A stretch of DNA of 64,000 nt from Mustelus asterias (taxonomy: Eukaryota): contig NC_135813.1 of NCBI RefSeq assembly GCF_964213995.1, positions 20,646,001 through 20,710,000 on the forward strand. Direction: 5' to 3'. The notes under the pieces were generated by a model. It did no database searches. It was not told where the DNA came from and was given only the letters and a program-made list of their open reading frames with translations. Both the position numbers and the translations under genes were made by a program. Positions within the stretch are counted from its first letter, which is position 1; each line of letters opens with the position of its first letter. This document shows, piece by piece, positions 13,191 to 31,757 of this stretch.

Positions 13191-14413
13191 ACCAAGTGCA
13201 ACGTCTGGAACGTGCACATTCAAAGAACTATCAACATAACTCATTGAACGCTGCAGATATTGATAATAAGATATCCTTATTAGTGTTTTCAGTCACTGTT
13301 ATGACAGTGTTTTAATTACAGGACTATAAGTTTTCCAGCTGTTTACAAGTATTTAATAGTACTGGTACTTTATATTAATACATCTTTTAAATGCAAATGA
13401 AATTGTTCTCCTATGGGGAATGAAATTCATTGAGAAAAAGCAGATATTATGGGTTTGAAATACTGTCGTTTCTACACACACAAGAGGAACAATTCTTTTT
13501 GGTCCTGTAGCTTTATTACAGTCCTGAACTGATTTGAATGAAACACTGTTTGAAGTGACATGCTGTCATACTCTCACATCTTTGCACTCCTCCTTCATGG
13601 ACAGGCATTAACAAATGCTTCCAGGCATTTTTCTTAAGTTATAATTTTCTTTTCTACTGTTAACACTAGGATGGGTGTAATATTTGACTGAAGTTATGCT
13701 CTTTCCCTCACATCCTCACAGTTATACAGGAGGCCATCAAGTGCCGTCTGTAACTGCTTTTGAACTCGGTATCATGGTCCAAATTGAATTTTTTTTTAAA
13801 AATGGCATTTACATTTTTATAATTGATTCATTTTGGTGTCATTTGGATTAATAAAAACTGGAAACCTGCAAGACAGGAATGACACTAATAAAAGAAAATC
13901 GGAAAACAAGACACCAAGATAAATATTGCAATTGGTTTTCTGCTTATTGATCCAAAAATACCACTAGCCCTTTTCAAGTTTCTCTCAAATATTCTAATTA
14001 TTGTAAAACATGCTGTTACTGAATCATTTAGATATCTTCCATTGTTGTTTAATGATTATCATGTGGTTTTATTGCAGTTTAAGAATACAGTAGTGTTGAT
14101 TGGAAATGGCGCTGGAACAAGGGATTTGATGCTTGATATAATCAGGAAGGCAAGGTTATGGTATAGTTAGTTATTTACCCGGGTTAATGCAAAAGAGAAA
14201 AAAAATAAACATTCCAAAGGAGCCTTTATAAAAGGAACCCTGTATTGTGTATAGAAATTGGAAAAGTTGTAACACATTAGATGTAAAAATGGATGCATAA
14301 ATTATTTGCAGCCTTTTGGAGGCAGAAAATGTTGCTATTGTAATAATGTTCCATCAGTATTTTCTTCACCCTGCCATTGTGAAACCAGGAATTCGTGTTG
14401 AAAGCAAGAGCAA

Positions 14414-14478
14414 CGTGTGTGTGTGTGTATGTATGTGTGTATATATATATATATATATATTATATATATGTGATATAT
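14414..14478. repeat. (TG)n/(TA)n compound microsatellite downstream of the GOLGA1 stop
   Basis: gtgtgtgtgtgtgtatgtatgtgtgtatatatatatatatatatat... Confidence 0.9.
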
Positions 14479-17400
14479 GAACTAATGCACTTTTATTTGT
14501 ATAAAAATTGCTGTGGCGTGTAATTTGTACATGCATTGATTGGCCTTAGCGACTAATTTCCCTTGGTGTTGTAAACCTGGATTGGATACAGCAACTGACA
14601 CACCATCTGATCAGTGTTTGCTTGAGAATAATTTGTAGGTGCAATACTTTCCAATTAAAATTCCTTTAGACTTGCTGAAATTGTGGTTGAATTCTTTGAT
14701 TAGCAGATGAAATTTTAGTTGCAATTTCTCTGATGCAGTTACTTGTCCCCGCACTTATGGAAAGCATATGGGGAGTTGAGGTTTGCAGTAAAATTTTCAG
14801 CCAAATGTCAAACTCCTGAGAAAGGGCAGCTTGGAAAACTAAACACTGGGCAGCAGAACTAGCAATTCATTGTTTGTTTTCACTTATTGGGATTGGCACC
14901 TACCAGTCAATTGACATGGACTAGTCTAAAATGTGGCGACAGTATACAAGAGATGTTTTAGATGTTTTTCTTGCAAGAATGAATAGATATTAACATCAAA
15001 GGAAAAATCATACCTAGAGTTCCACTGGTGAAGTCATTAGGTGCATAAATTGGAATCTTCCACCAGTTTTGTTGTGATTTGTTTAAAATTAAATGAAAAG
15101 ATACAGTCTGAGAATTCAAGTTTCCAGTAGATGCTGAAATTGTCCATCTTTTCTTCTGCCATCATTCTTTTGAAACTAACAATTTGACAGACTGCCACCA
15201 AACGGCATATTCTTAAAGCATTTTCAACCAAATAACCATTCACCCTTTTAGTGCCTAGCTTCCTAGCTGTAGTCCTACTTTTGAAATCCATTCTGGTCTG
15301 TGTAAATGGACGATTTATTTTTGACTACTGTAGCTGCTCCCTTTATATTTTAAACGCTCAAAAGCCCTAATGGAAAATCTGCAAAAGCTGATGCACCAAA
15401 TTGTGGCCTGTGTTGTATGAGTCAATCTAAATAACACTATAATCAGTTTATAGTTCGTGGGGTCAGTGTTATGGTTAGCTTATAGGGTAACAAACTTGAT
15501 CAGTCCTTCCCTTGGACCACTTTGTCAGAGTTTAAGCTAACAAAATGCAATTATCCTTGCTTGAAGTAGGTCACCTATTTACACAAAACAGAAACCAGGT
15601 TAGCTGTCTCACAGCAAGACTGGGTGGAGTTTCTGTTCCTAATTATTCTTTCACGCATACAATATTTCAGAGCACTGTGAGGTGAAAATAAACTAAGGAT
15701 GGAACAGGCCTAAGAATCAAGATAAAATATGAAACAAAATAAACAGCTAGAAGTTAGTTTGTGCTGGATTGACTGACCTTGAGCAGTCATAAATATTTGG
15801 CATTTTGGTGCAATTCTAAAAATATCCCAGTATAACCATTAACAGCAGTTTCTATTTGAATAGTATGTTGTTAAACTAGCCTGGACTTCAGTGACGGAGT
15901 AACATAGAAAATAGTAGGCCATTCAGCCCTTTGAGCCTGCTCCCCCATTCATCATGATCATCAAATTCAATATCCTGATCCTGCATTCCTTCCCCAACCC
16001 AATATCCTTTTAGCCCCTAGAGCCATGTCTAATTTCTTAATCACACGTTTTGGCCCCAACTACTTTGTGGTAGTGAATTCCAAGGATTCACCACTCTCTG
16101 GGTGAAGAAATTTTACCATGCCACACTATGCGGCAGCACATTCCACAAATTCACCACCCACTGCGAGTAGTTCCTCCTCATCTCAGTTTTAAATCTACCA
16201 ACTTGCAACCGATACCTTTGACCTCTTGTTCTAGATTGCCCCATGTTGCTGAGATGAGATTTGGTAGGATGAGTGAGGGCAGAGCAACTGGAGTTCTGGC
16301 AATGTCCACATTTTGCTGAAATAAATATCCTGAGCCACCACAAATGCTTAGGAAGTGATATTACAAAAATTGTTTATTAAAAAATGTAACAGAATCTTGT
16401 CAGTGTGTGAATGGTTTTGCAACCAGTCCAGCTGGTTTGTATTGTTCACTGTGTAAAGCAGTTTGGCACCATTCCTGTCTAATTTTAAACTGTCTCACTG
16501 TCGATGCCTACTTATAGAAGACAGCCATGTTGTTTCTTCAGCCAATTTGTAATGCAAACAGGGTAGCTGAAAAGAGCTGCTGAAATATAGAACTTAAACA
16601 GAGGAATATTACCCTAATTTAATAAAAATGCAAGGAGCAGTGTTATTATAGACTGTAATTTTTCACAATACACATTTGTCAGTTCATAGCTTTAATATAT
16701 CTTTGAAACAGCAATGTAATGCCTACACAATATACATACAATGTCACATATTGCAAAAGCAGATATCTGCATAAATTAACTTATTAAAACACACTTTTGA
16801 TAAGTGTTCTTGCCCAAATGGAAATGGTATCAGTTGTCCAAAAATTACTTCTGAGCAAAGTCATTGGTAATATTTCCATTTCCCATCTCAACCAGGGTTC
16901 AAAGAAAAACTCTTGTCAGTTATATGCACAATTAGCTGAACTGGTACCCATTATGAATTCCAGTCAAGATAGGTGCAAGTTAAACTAAAATTAAAGCTAT
17001 GACTTTGTGCATGTCGAGTCCTCTGAAGGTTTCTGGTGATGCTGCAATAATTTACTTTAGCACAGGCTTCATTAAGTTGAAATTACACTAGTTTGCATCT
17101 AGTAGGCATTTCCTTACTGCTTCTCTGGACAAGGTGGAAATCCAACCTTAACTTTTGATATAATACAACAAAAAGCTGTCAGCTAAAGATGATCCAAGAG
17201 CTTTATTTTGCAGCAGGCACTTTACAATAAATTCATCCCTGGTAGTTCAACTAATACTATTGCCATATGTATCATACTAAGTCTATCCCAATAACTTTAC
17301 AAAAGACAATATGAAAGTGACCCAAAGAAATAAAAAATAATACTGCATGTACTGACAAGTCTCAATAGTCCTCCACCGCACCATGTGGCAAAACAATGAG

Positions 17401-17741
17401 TAAAATGCACAATGTCACATCATTGCTTTTTCAATTGTGTGAATGTCCCTTTATTAGTCACACTATTTGGTTTCAACAGATTTCAAAAAGGCAAAAAGAA
17501 AAATGGTAAGGGAACTGAAATGTGCAAGACCTTGCACGTCATACTTAGCCAAAACATACAGTAAACTTTCCACCACAACCTATTAAGATAAAAAGAGCAT
17601 TCCAACATGGTTTTCAAAATAATTTTGTTTAATATGGGTTAATCTTCAAAGGATGGGTTCAAATATTTCCCTTTTGCTGTTGCTTCCTCATATTTTCCAA
17701 CAGCTTTCAGTCCACATCAAGTCAACGTATCATGTAACTTT

Positions 17742-17804
17742 TTAAACTGTTTTTCTTGCAGTGAGAACTCGTACTATGCAACCTACTCCACCCACTGCTA
17801 AAGC
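17742..17804 (-). CDS. ARPC5L: ARPC5L terminal coding exon
   Basis: tcacag|GCT TTA GCA ... GTT TAA. Confidence 0.96.
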   Translation of the reverse strand, partial: ALAVGGVGCIVRVLTARKTV

Positions 17805-20800
17805 CTGTGAGGGATAAAAAAGGAAAATGTTCATTTTTAAAGTTTTTTAAAAATTAAAAATGCAGTCAACTTGCATTTATATATCAAGGTGCTTTACAAT
17901 AAACAATGCCAAATGACTCAAAACTTGGTCAAAGAAAGTGGTGTTAAAGGAAAGGAAGAGGGGGAGATTTCAGGAAGGAATTCCAGAGCTTTAGACCTTG
18001 GCAACTGAAGGTAAATAGTAGAATAATTAAAATCAGGACTACTAGAGAAACTTGGGGAAATGTGTGAAGGTTCTATCGATCTCTGGTGGATGTAAGGCTG
18101 CAGGAGATCAGAGATAGGGAGGGGCTAAGACATGGAAGGATTAAAAAAAAAACAAGGAGTCATTGTAGATCAGCGAGCACGGAGATGGAGGAGCAGAACA
18201 TGGTAGAATAGGGAGGTTAGTCATGGTCAAGAGGTAAAGGCATGGATAAACTGAGGCAAGAGTGGGGTGAGACGATAGAAGTGGAAATGAGTGGTTGTAC
18301 AGATATGGTGGGAATCTTACAATTTCACTCACTATATTTAGTGCAAAAAATATTAATTACTGAACTAGTAAAGACGTGTTAAATCTGCATTTATGTAGCA
18401 CATTCTCAGGAAGTCCAAAAGTGATTCAGAACCATTGAATTACTTATCGGGCTATCAGTTTATCCGCCACAAAGTCCTGCAATACAGTAATCGAATCTCT
18501 CTGCTTGTGCAGGGAGGAATGTTAGCCAGATTAGTTCTCCTTGCTCTTCACATACTGTGATGGTATCTTAAGCTCTATCCATACTGCACTGAAGCCTTCT
18601 AAATCAGGCAAGAGCTACAGACCAAGAAAATCTGACGTTAATTTCACCATGGCTTACTTTTTACATGTGATAGCCAAGATCTCTTTCCAATCAACCAGAT
18701 TCTCTTTCCCCCACAGGCCAGATTTGAGCAAGTGTCTTGAATGCTCATCGCCATCCGAGCAGCCAATTTCAACTTACATCAGTAGAGACATGGAAGCAGG
18801 TCATCCACCAGCCTCCCTCCTTAACCAGTCCATAGCAAAATCCATAAAACAAAACAATTAAATGACAAAAAGCTTACCTTTTCATGCCACTGCAGTAATA
18901 TTGCACTGCTGTTTTCTGTGGGTTTTTCAAAACCTTTATAAATGTACTTCATTAAAAGGTCAACACCATTTCTATCTAATGACTTAACAGCCTGTTCTAT
19001 CTCACTACTTTTAAAGGATGTAAGGACTTTGAGAACTATTGCCTGTGCCCGCTCCTGTGGAGAAAAAAGAAATGGTTAAGTTTGTGTTTTACATGCTTTT
19101 ATTATACTCAGACATTTCAAACATTAAGAAAAAGTTGCACATACAAAGCAGTGAAACCATTTTTAGTAGTCAATAATAGTCAATCTTTCAACATGAAAAG
19201 TTGTGACCATTGTTCCAGACCAAAGGAAATTTGAAACATTTTATTAGCAGTTATTTTAATATAATGCCTCTCCTTTCCCAAACTTTTGTTCAGCTAGAAT
19301 CATGCCTAGACTGTAGAATTATACACAACATAAAATTAGGTAAATTTTCCCTGACGGTGCTCAAAAGAGAAAAAGTAGTTGGTCTACATTTTGACACTTC
19401 CTATCACATTCAGCAATAGTTTAAAAAAATAAATAATGGGCAAAATATTAAGGATTTCTACCATGTTAGGGAAACATGGTGGTTAGCACTACTGCCTCAC
19501 AACACCAGGCACCCAGCCTTAGGATACTATGTGTGGGGCTTACATGTTCTCCCCATGTCTATGTGGATTTCCTCCAGGTGCTCCATTTCCTCCCACACTC
19601 CAAAGACGTGTTGGTTAGGTGGATTTTATAAGTGCGCAGGGTTATGGGGATAGGGTGGAAGGGAGGATAGGTAAGGATTCCAACATCATTTAACTTTATC
19701 AAAAGACCATTCACAGAAATCTGGCACGAGTTTTGAAGTAGGCGTTGTTACCCCTTAAGATAATACAGCAAGACCAGAAATATTGTATTGTTTCGGTCAA
19801 ATAGCTGCAGGAAATTTACCTATGTACTGATTGAAGAGATGTTTTTGCACAAGGTATTCAGATGTATTCTGGAGACAAATCACTGCATTTTTGAGCACAT
19901 TTATATTGGACATAATTCAGACATTGCAAATAATTCAATTAAATACCTTAACTGCTTGATTCTTCATGTTGACTGGAGGGTTCCTTAATGCTGCATGGAA
20001 CGCACTAAGCATGTCACCTGTGCATTACTACAGGTTAAGGAATAAAACTTTTCATTTCAAGCATTTAAACCCAGGCATGTTCTGTAGTTACAGGTTTATA
20101 TGCAGGTAAATAATTTGTTATTTCAGTTATACAATAATTACTAGCTTCTAAACACTTTCAATTCCCTAGGAAAGTCATGAAAAGCTATATGGTGTATAAC
20201 TTGTGTCTAACTTTTAAGAATTAAAAATTACTGTACCTCTATAATCGTAAATATTCAAATATCAATATACACATTTCATCCCTCAAGTTGTTAGTATAAG
20301 CAATACATTACTGACTTAATGCAAATCTATGCATTAACAAATGGAATAAGATCTTGAAAGATCAATCCTTCATGGGTACAAATAAAATTCCAGCTACAAA
20401 AGTACTTTTGTTCACTTAAAAAAACATTCCGTGAATCAATGTTCATATCGGTTCCTAGTCAAGAAAGTGGAAATGGATGCAAGAGAGGTGTCCACATGGC
20501 AAGCAACGTGAACTGGGCTTTTTAACCTTGCCCTTATGCCCGAGCTGCAATTATGAACTGATACTGATGTAGTGATAGCAGTTCTGCCTCTCGGAGCTCA
20601 TGAATATATGAGCAATGGTCTATCTCAACCAATTAAACAAAAGGAAATCAGGCACATTTGAAAAGGAAAGAAAGTGGCATTTTATGGGGGGGGGGGTAAT
20701 TTTAAAAAAAATACCTCTTGGAACAATTAACCTACTCAAGCAAGACTCCAGATTCCTGTCTTTGCCTCCAAGGGTCATGTCAGGTCCTTATGACAAATTA

Positions 20801-21990
20801 CTGATCAAATTGTTACGACACAAATCCAACTATTTCAAAACCATGAACTTCACTGTGGAAGCAGATAGTGAGATTTTGTTTTGGAGTGGGGAACTTTAGC
20901 TGATGATAGATCTAATCATGCAGCAATTTATAGAGAATTGTAACCCATGGCACATGTGCCATAAATCGATGATCTTGTACACAAACCAGTAATGCCATGA
21001 GCCATGTACGTGCAGTGGGAATACCGACCACCACATGGACTGCAGCAGTTTAAAAAGTGGCCAAACCACCACCACCAGCCTTATCCAGAGCAATCTGGAT
21101 GGGCAATGAGTCCTGGTGGTTGCCAGTGAAGAGAACACAAGGGGGTGAGAGGGGGAATCCCAGGGTCGAGATGGTGGGGGTTTGCCCGGGGGGGGTTGAT
21201 GGGGGCGCTGCCCCAACCCCGGGGAGACAGAAACCAGCCTCCCCGCCCCCCCCAGCCACGGGGAGACAACCAGCCTCCCCGCCCCCCCAGCCCCGGGGAG
21301 AGAGACAACCTCTCCCCCACCCCCCCCGGGGAGACAACCAGCCTCCCCGCCCCCCAGCCCCGGGGAGACAACCAGCCTCCCCGCCCCCCCCAGCCACGGG
21401 GAGACAACCAGCCTCCCCGCCCCCCCCAGCCACGGGGAGACAACCACTGGGCGGCACGGTAGCACAGTGGTTAGCACTGCTGCTTCACAGCTCCAGGGTC
21501 CCGGGTTCGATTCCCGGCTCGGGTCACTGTCTGTGTGGAGTTTGCACATTCTCCTCGTGTTTGCGTGGGTTTCCTCCGGGTGCTCCGGTTTCCTCCCACA
21601 GTCCAAAGATGTGCGGGTTAGGTTGATTGGCCAGGTTAAAAATTGCCCCTTAGAGTCCTGAGATGCGTAGGTTAGAGGGATTAGCGGGTAAAATATGTGG
21701 GGGTAGGGCCTGGGTGGGATTGTGGTCGGTGCAGACTCGATGGGCCGAATGGCCTCCTTCTGCACTGTAGGGTTTCTATGAATCTATGAACCAGCCTCCC
21801 CCGCCCCCCCAGCCCCGGGGAGAGAGCCCGCCCCCCTGCCGAAAGGATATTGCCTGATGAGGGTGTCCACCTCCAGCGAGTCGGGTCCCTGCTGCTCCAC
21901 CGCCTCCTCCTGCTCGTCCACAAACTTGTTCTCGTCGTACTCGTCAACATCGACTTTGCGGAAGCGGTTGGACAGTGTGTTCTTCGCCAT
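17742..21990 (-). CDS. ARPC5L: Actin-related protein 2/3 complex subunit 5-like, 150 aa; complement(join(17742..17804,18878..19054,19947..20019,21851..21990))
   Basis: Spliced product [26 protein letters not shown]...LIRQ|[24 protein letters not shown]|[59 protein letters not shown]|[20 protein letters not shown]. p16-Arc family; [19 protein letters not shown] residues and synteny favour ARPC5L over ARPC5. Confidence 0.97.
18878..19054 (-). CDS. ARPC5L: ARPC5L coding exon 3
   Basis: ccacag|GAG CGG ... AAG|gtaagc; 177 nt. Confidence 0.96.
19947..20019 (-). CDS. ARPC5L: ARPC5L coding exon 2
   Basis: TTCCTTAAC...atgcac|A GGT GAC ATG ... AAG|gtattt; 73 nt. Confidence 0.95.
21220..21840. repeat. 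About 36-bp GC-rich minisatellite in ARPC5L intron 1, split by a SINE
   Basis: About 6 copies of ggggagacaaccagcctccccgccccccccagcc(a/c)c at 21220-21446, one more at 21789-21830. Confidence 0.9.
21449..21788 (+). mobile_element. Full-length young V-SINE (HE1-like), tail type A
   Basis: Intact A/B boxes, V-domain and tail ...ttctatgaatctatg; AACCA flanks it on both sides. Confidence 0.92.
21851..21990 (-). CDS. ARPC5L: ARPC5L coding exon 1
   Basis: ATG at 21990; ends AGG CA|ATATCCTTTC (U12 donor). Confidence 0.95.
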
Positions 21991-22423
21991 TTGCCCTGTT
22001 GTTGTTGTGTTTCTTTTCCCTCCCGGGGTGACCGGGACAGTGAATCGCTCCCTTTTCCCCCCCTCACTCACCCACTCAATCCGCCGCCGCCGCCGCGGCT
22101 CCTGCCTATCTCTGAGCCGGGGGCCTGGTGAACCCTGCCCCGGAACCGGAAACTAACCCCGGAATATACCATCAGGGAGAGAGGGGGCATTAAGAATCAA
22201 CAAACACCAATAAAAGTATGAACTCCACCCTTATATTAGGAAATGAATATTTCATTATGAGTCTTTACAAGCCAGTGAAGTGTGGTTGTGGCTACATTGT
22301 GACTGGGTGATCATCTCCTCTATCCCTGCTCCCCCCTCCGCGGAGGGCAGGTGGTAGAGCCGATCACGTGGATATTCAGGCCCCGCCCCCCGAGGCCTGC
22401 CCTTTCTGCGCTTGCCCAGGACA
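21991..22423. promoter_or_regulatory. Bidirectional CpG-rich promoter shared by ARPC5L and RPL35
   Basis: 433 bp between the two ATGs; three CCGGAA ETS-type motifs (22140-22164), CACGTG E-box (22365-22370), GC box (22379-22390), pyrimidine TOP-like start CCCTTTCT at about 22400-22407. Confidence 0.8.
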
Positions 22424-28186
<5,763 letters not shown>

Positions 28187-29239
28187 ATGTTCTACCGCAG
28201 AAGAAATTAAATATAAGAAATGACTTGTGCTTTGATTGGTTTTATTGCCGTCTTTATTTTCCCAATAAAGGGAGACAGTGTAACTTGGAGGGAATGTGAG
28301 GAATAATCCCAAGTTTCTTGCACCCTCTTGTCAAAAACTTGTCGACCTAAGTGACATTTTTCCATATGGATGGTTGTTGGAGAGGAATCATTGTACGTCC
28401 CCACAAACATTGAATTCTCTAAAGAGCGTAAGCAAATTCCCAATTAAATAAAGTCTTGATTAGCTTTATAAAAACTGGCCTAAGTGGTATATTTAGTTTG
28501 AATCCCCTGTAAAATGTGATGTAAAAGCCTTGAAGACAAATCTGGTTTGGATCCAGTTGGGTAAAGTATATAATAGGTTGACAGTGATGCATTTAGACAT
28601 GTCCTGTCATCAACGCTAGAACTGACGGCCAGAAGTTTGCTGAACTTTTTAATTTACGTCACTGGAGTTCAGTTGATGGCAACTAAGACAGTGAAATACT
28701 GTCATCAGCCTTGACGACAGATTGCTTGCCCTTAAATTAATATAGGCACTGAAATCTATTTATTTAAACTAGTATTGGGTTGTTTTGATTGAAACAAAAA
28801 AGAAGTTGGTTATTTGACTCATTTGTGATTTTGTAACTTTTTCAACTCATTTGAAATGACAAACTAAGCTGATAGCCTATTTCATTAACATTGTGATGTA
28901 ACTGTGGTTATATTTGGTGTGATTTGATCTTGGTTTATCAAAATTTGAACAGAAAGATCAAATTGAAGTTGATCCAAACTGTTTGTTCTGACTAGTTACG
29001 GCATAAACACATTGTTGACTTGGGTGAACTGGCTGAGAGCTCAAAACATCCACTAACTTAATAAAATTCACAGGCCAAAGGCACCTGTTAAACTTTGCTG
29101 TTGGAAGCACATGGTGAAATTTGCTTTGGAGGAAGGTTTTGGTTTTTGGGTGTCTAGCTAACCTCCAATACTTTCATGCTAAAATCCCAGAAATAAAGGA
29201 AGTATTTGCATACCAATGTATTTGCAAAAAAAAAACCGT

Positions 29240-29580
29240 TTCATAGAAATAATACAGTACAGAAAGAGGCCATTTGGCCCATCGAGTCTGCACCGACCAC
29301 GATCCCACCCAGGCCCTACCCCCATATCCCTATATATTTTACCCGCTAATCCCTCTAATCTACGCATCCCAGGACACTAAGGGGCAATTTTAGCATAGCC
29401 AATCAACCTAACCCGCACATCTTTGGACTGTGGGAGGAAACCGGAGCACCCGGAGGAAACCCACGCAGACACGAGGAGAATGTGCAAACCACACAGACAG
29501 TGACCCAAGCCGGGAATCGAACCCAGGTCCCTGGAGCTGTGAAGCAGCAGTGCTAACCACTGTGCTACCGTGCCGCCCCA
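29240..29580 (-). mobile_element. Full-length V-SINE (HE1-like), tail type A
   Basis: ggggcggcacggtagcacagtggttagcactgc... tail ...ctgtattatttctatga. Confidence 0.9.
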
Positions 29581-31473
29581 ATAGGGCACAGCGATAGGTT
29601 GCTGGGTTGAGTATTGGGAAGGGTTAGGAATGGTAATCAGATTTTCAGACTGATAATTGAAAAGTGCTGGAGTATTCATTTTATTTGAGAAGAATAATAA
29701 AGTTGGTGGGTGCAGCTGATGTAATTTCAAAAAACATTTGGTGATTCACCACGTAAGGTGGTTGTAAGAATTTGGGGCCGATAGCATCAAAGGAAAAAAT
29801 ATTTGTATAGATTGAAAGTCATACACCTTTGAGAGGGGTATGTGGATTGAGAGGATAGGGCACCCAAGGGGATTAGTGTTGGGGCAACTTTTGTTCTGTT
29901 ATGAATACAAATATCAGGACTTATCATGAATGTAGATACAGATATCCAAACTGGATATCAAGCAGTCAGGGACGAAGGAGAGTTGTATGAATAGGCAAGT
30001 ACTTAGCTGATGTATTTAATCGAAAAATGGTTATACATTTTAGGAATGAAAGATTCATTAAATTGTAAATTGCTTAGTGCAGCAAGGGAGCCACAATCTC
30101 TAGGGCATACATTTGGATGGGGCTATTTTATAAAAAACATTGAGAGCAAATGGAATTTTGGGTGAATATTGAGTCAATAAACAAGTAAAAAGGTCATGGT
30201 TAAACACATCTGTAATGCGTGCAGCAATCAAAAAGTAAATGAAAGGTGAGGGGCAGTGATCTTAAACATGAAATATCCAAGGGGAAGTATCAAATAAGCT
30301 AATTGATGCAGGAATGCATCAAGGTGCAATGCTTTTACCAAGTGGTGGTTGTCAAATGAAGTAATGAAGCTGGTACTGGATGCTGAATATTAATTAGTAT
30401 TCAAAGCAAGCAGGAAGATGGTAGTGCCTAAAATCCCCCCATGCTGCTTAATTTCATCACAGGCACAATGAAATGGACCACAATTAGCTATTTCTTGATG
30501 GGGAGTAAACACTGACATGGGTTGATTTGAGAGTGGGCAAATGGCCTGATTGTGCTGCAGCAATGTATTTTTTCTAAATGTTTCTTTAAATAGGAAAATT
30601 TGTGGTAACTAGGGGACAGTTTCATTGCACAGAATTGTTACAGTACAGGAGGCCATTTGCCCGCTTTATCTTTTTAATTGTGTTTTTTGTTTCAATTCTC
30701 CCTTTGCTGTCTTTTCCTTTTGCTGTACTAGGTAATTGAACTGCATTTTTCAGTGTGTACGAGGAATAATTGCTTCTAGGTTTGGTGTCCCCATTCTATC
30801 ATTTTGCTGTCTTTGTTACATTTCCTAACCCTTGTCCCTTTGCCCTAGTTCATCCTGAATGTGTCATACCTTCCGTGATCTGTCATTATCGTGTCGCTTC
30901 TCACTACTTGAGCAGCAAGTCTTTCCCCATTAAATATTCTCAGATTCTCTTGCATTTATTCAGTTTGCTGACATGTCCCTAATCCACCTCCATACTTCAG
31001 CATGTATCACTGAGATGCTGCGCAGGAACTAGTAATGAGATGGGCATAAGCTGTAGCAGTGTGAAAAGGATGCATTACAGTGAATATTAAAAATAAATCT
31101 ATGAAATGTGAAAAGCAAAATGGCAGATGGCCTCAATGGCAATCGGTGGAAGACTGCCAGGGAATGACCAGAGCTTGCAATCAAAAAGAAAATACAAGCA
31201 TTTATATAATGGCTTTTAAGACCTCTGGATATCTGGTGTTATATAGACATTTTATGTGAAGTGTGATCACTTGCAGGGAAACAATTTGTTCACCGTAAGA
31301 TTTCACAAACAGCAATGAGAGGTGACCAGCACAAAAGTAGCCCACTTGGCCTCTAATTCCAGTGCTGGCTTTGACAGAGCTATTGATTAATCCCACTGCT
31401 GTGCTCTTTACTCATAGCCCTGTAACCTTTCCCATTAAGTGTTGATCCAATTCCCATGCATGCTGTTACATCA

Positions 31474-31757
31474 CAGTAGCACAGTGGTTAACACTGCTGC
31501 CTCACGGCGCCAGGGACCCGGGTTCGATTCCCGGCTTAGGTCACTGTCTGCGGAGAGCACGTTTTCCCTGTGTCTGCGTGGGTTTCCTCCGGGTGCTCTG
31601 GTTTCCCCTCAGGCCGAAAGCCGTGCTGGTTAGGTGGATTGGCCATGCTAAATTCTCCCTCAGTGTTCCCGAACAGGCACCAGAATGTGGCAACTCGGGG
31701 ATTTTCACAGTAACTTCATTGCAGTGTTTATGTAAGCCTTGTGACACTAATTTAAAC
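31474..31757 (+). mobile_element. V-SINE, tail type B
   Basis: cagtagcacagtggttaacactgctgcc...; tail ...ttgtgacactaat. Confidence 0.85.

Larger units (their letters stand above)
20020..21850 (-). other. U12-type (minor spliceosome) AT-AC intron 1 of ARPC5L
   Basis: 5' site ATATCCTTT; branch TTCCTTAAC at 20034-20042, ending 14 nt before the exon; terminal AC; splicing restores the reading frame. Confidence 0.95.

Noticed and set aside
21449-21525. tRNA-like sequences here and at about 41405, 51907 and 63310
   Set aside because: These are SINE heads with A/B boxes continuing into SINE bodies; no complete cloverleaf.
20896-21765. 289-aa and overlapping Pro/Gly-rich ORFs
   Set aside because: Composed of a SINE plus the GC-rich minisatellite within ARPC5L intron 1.
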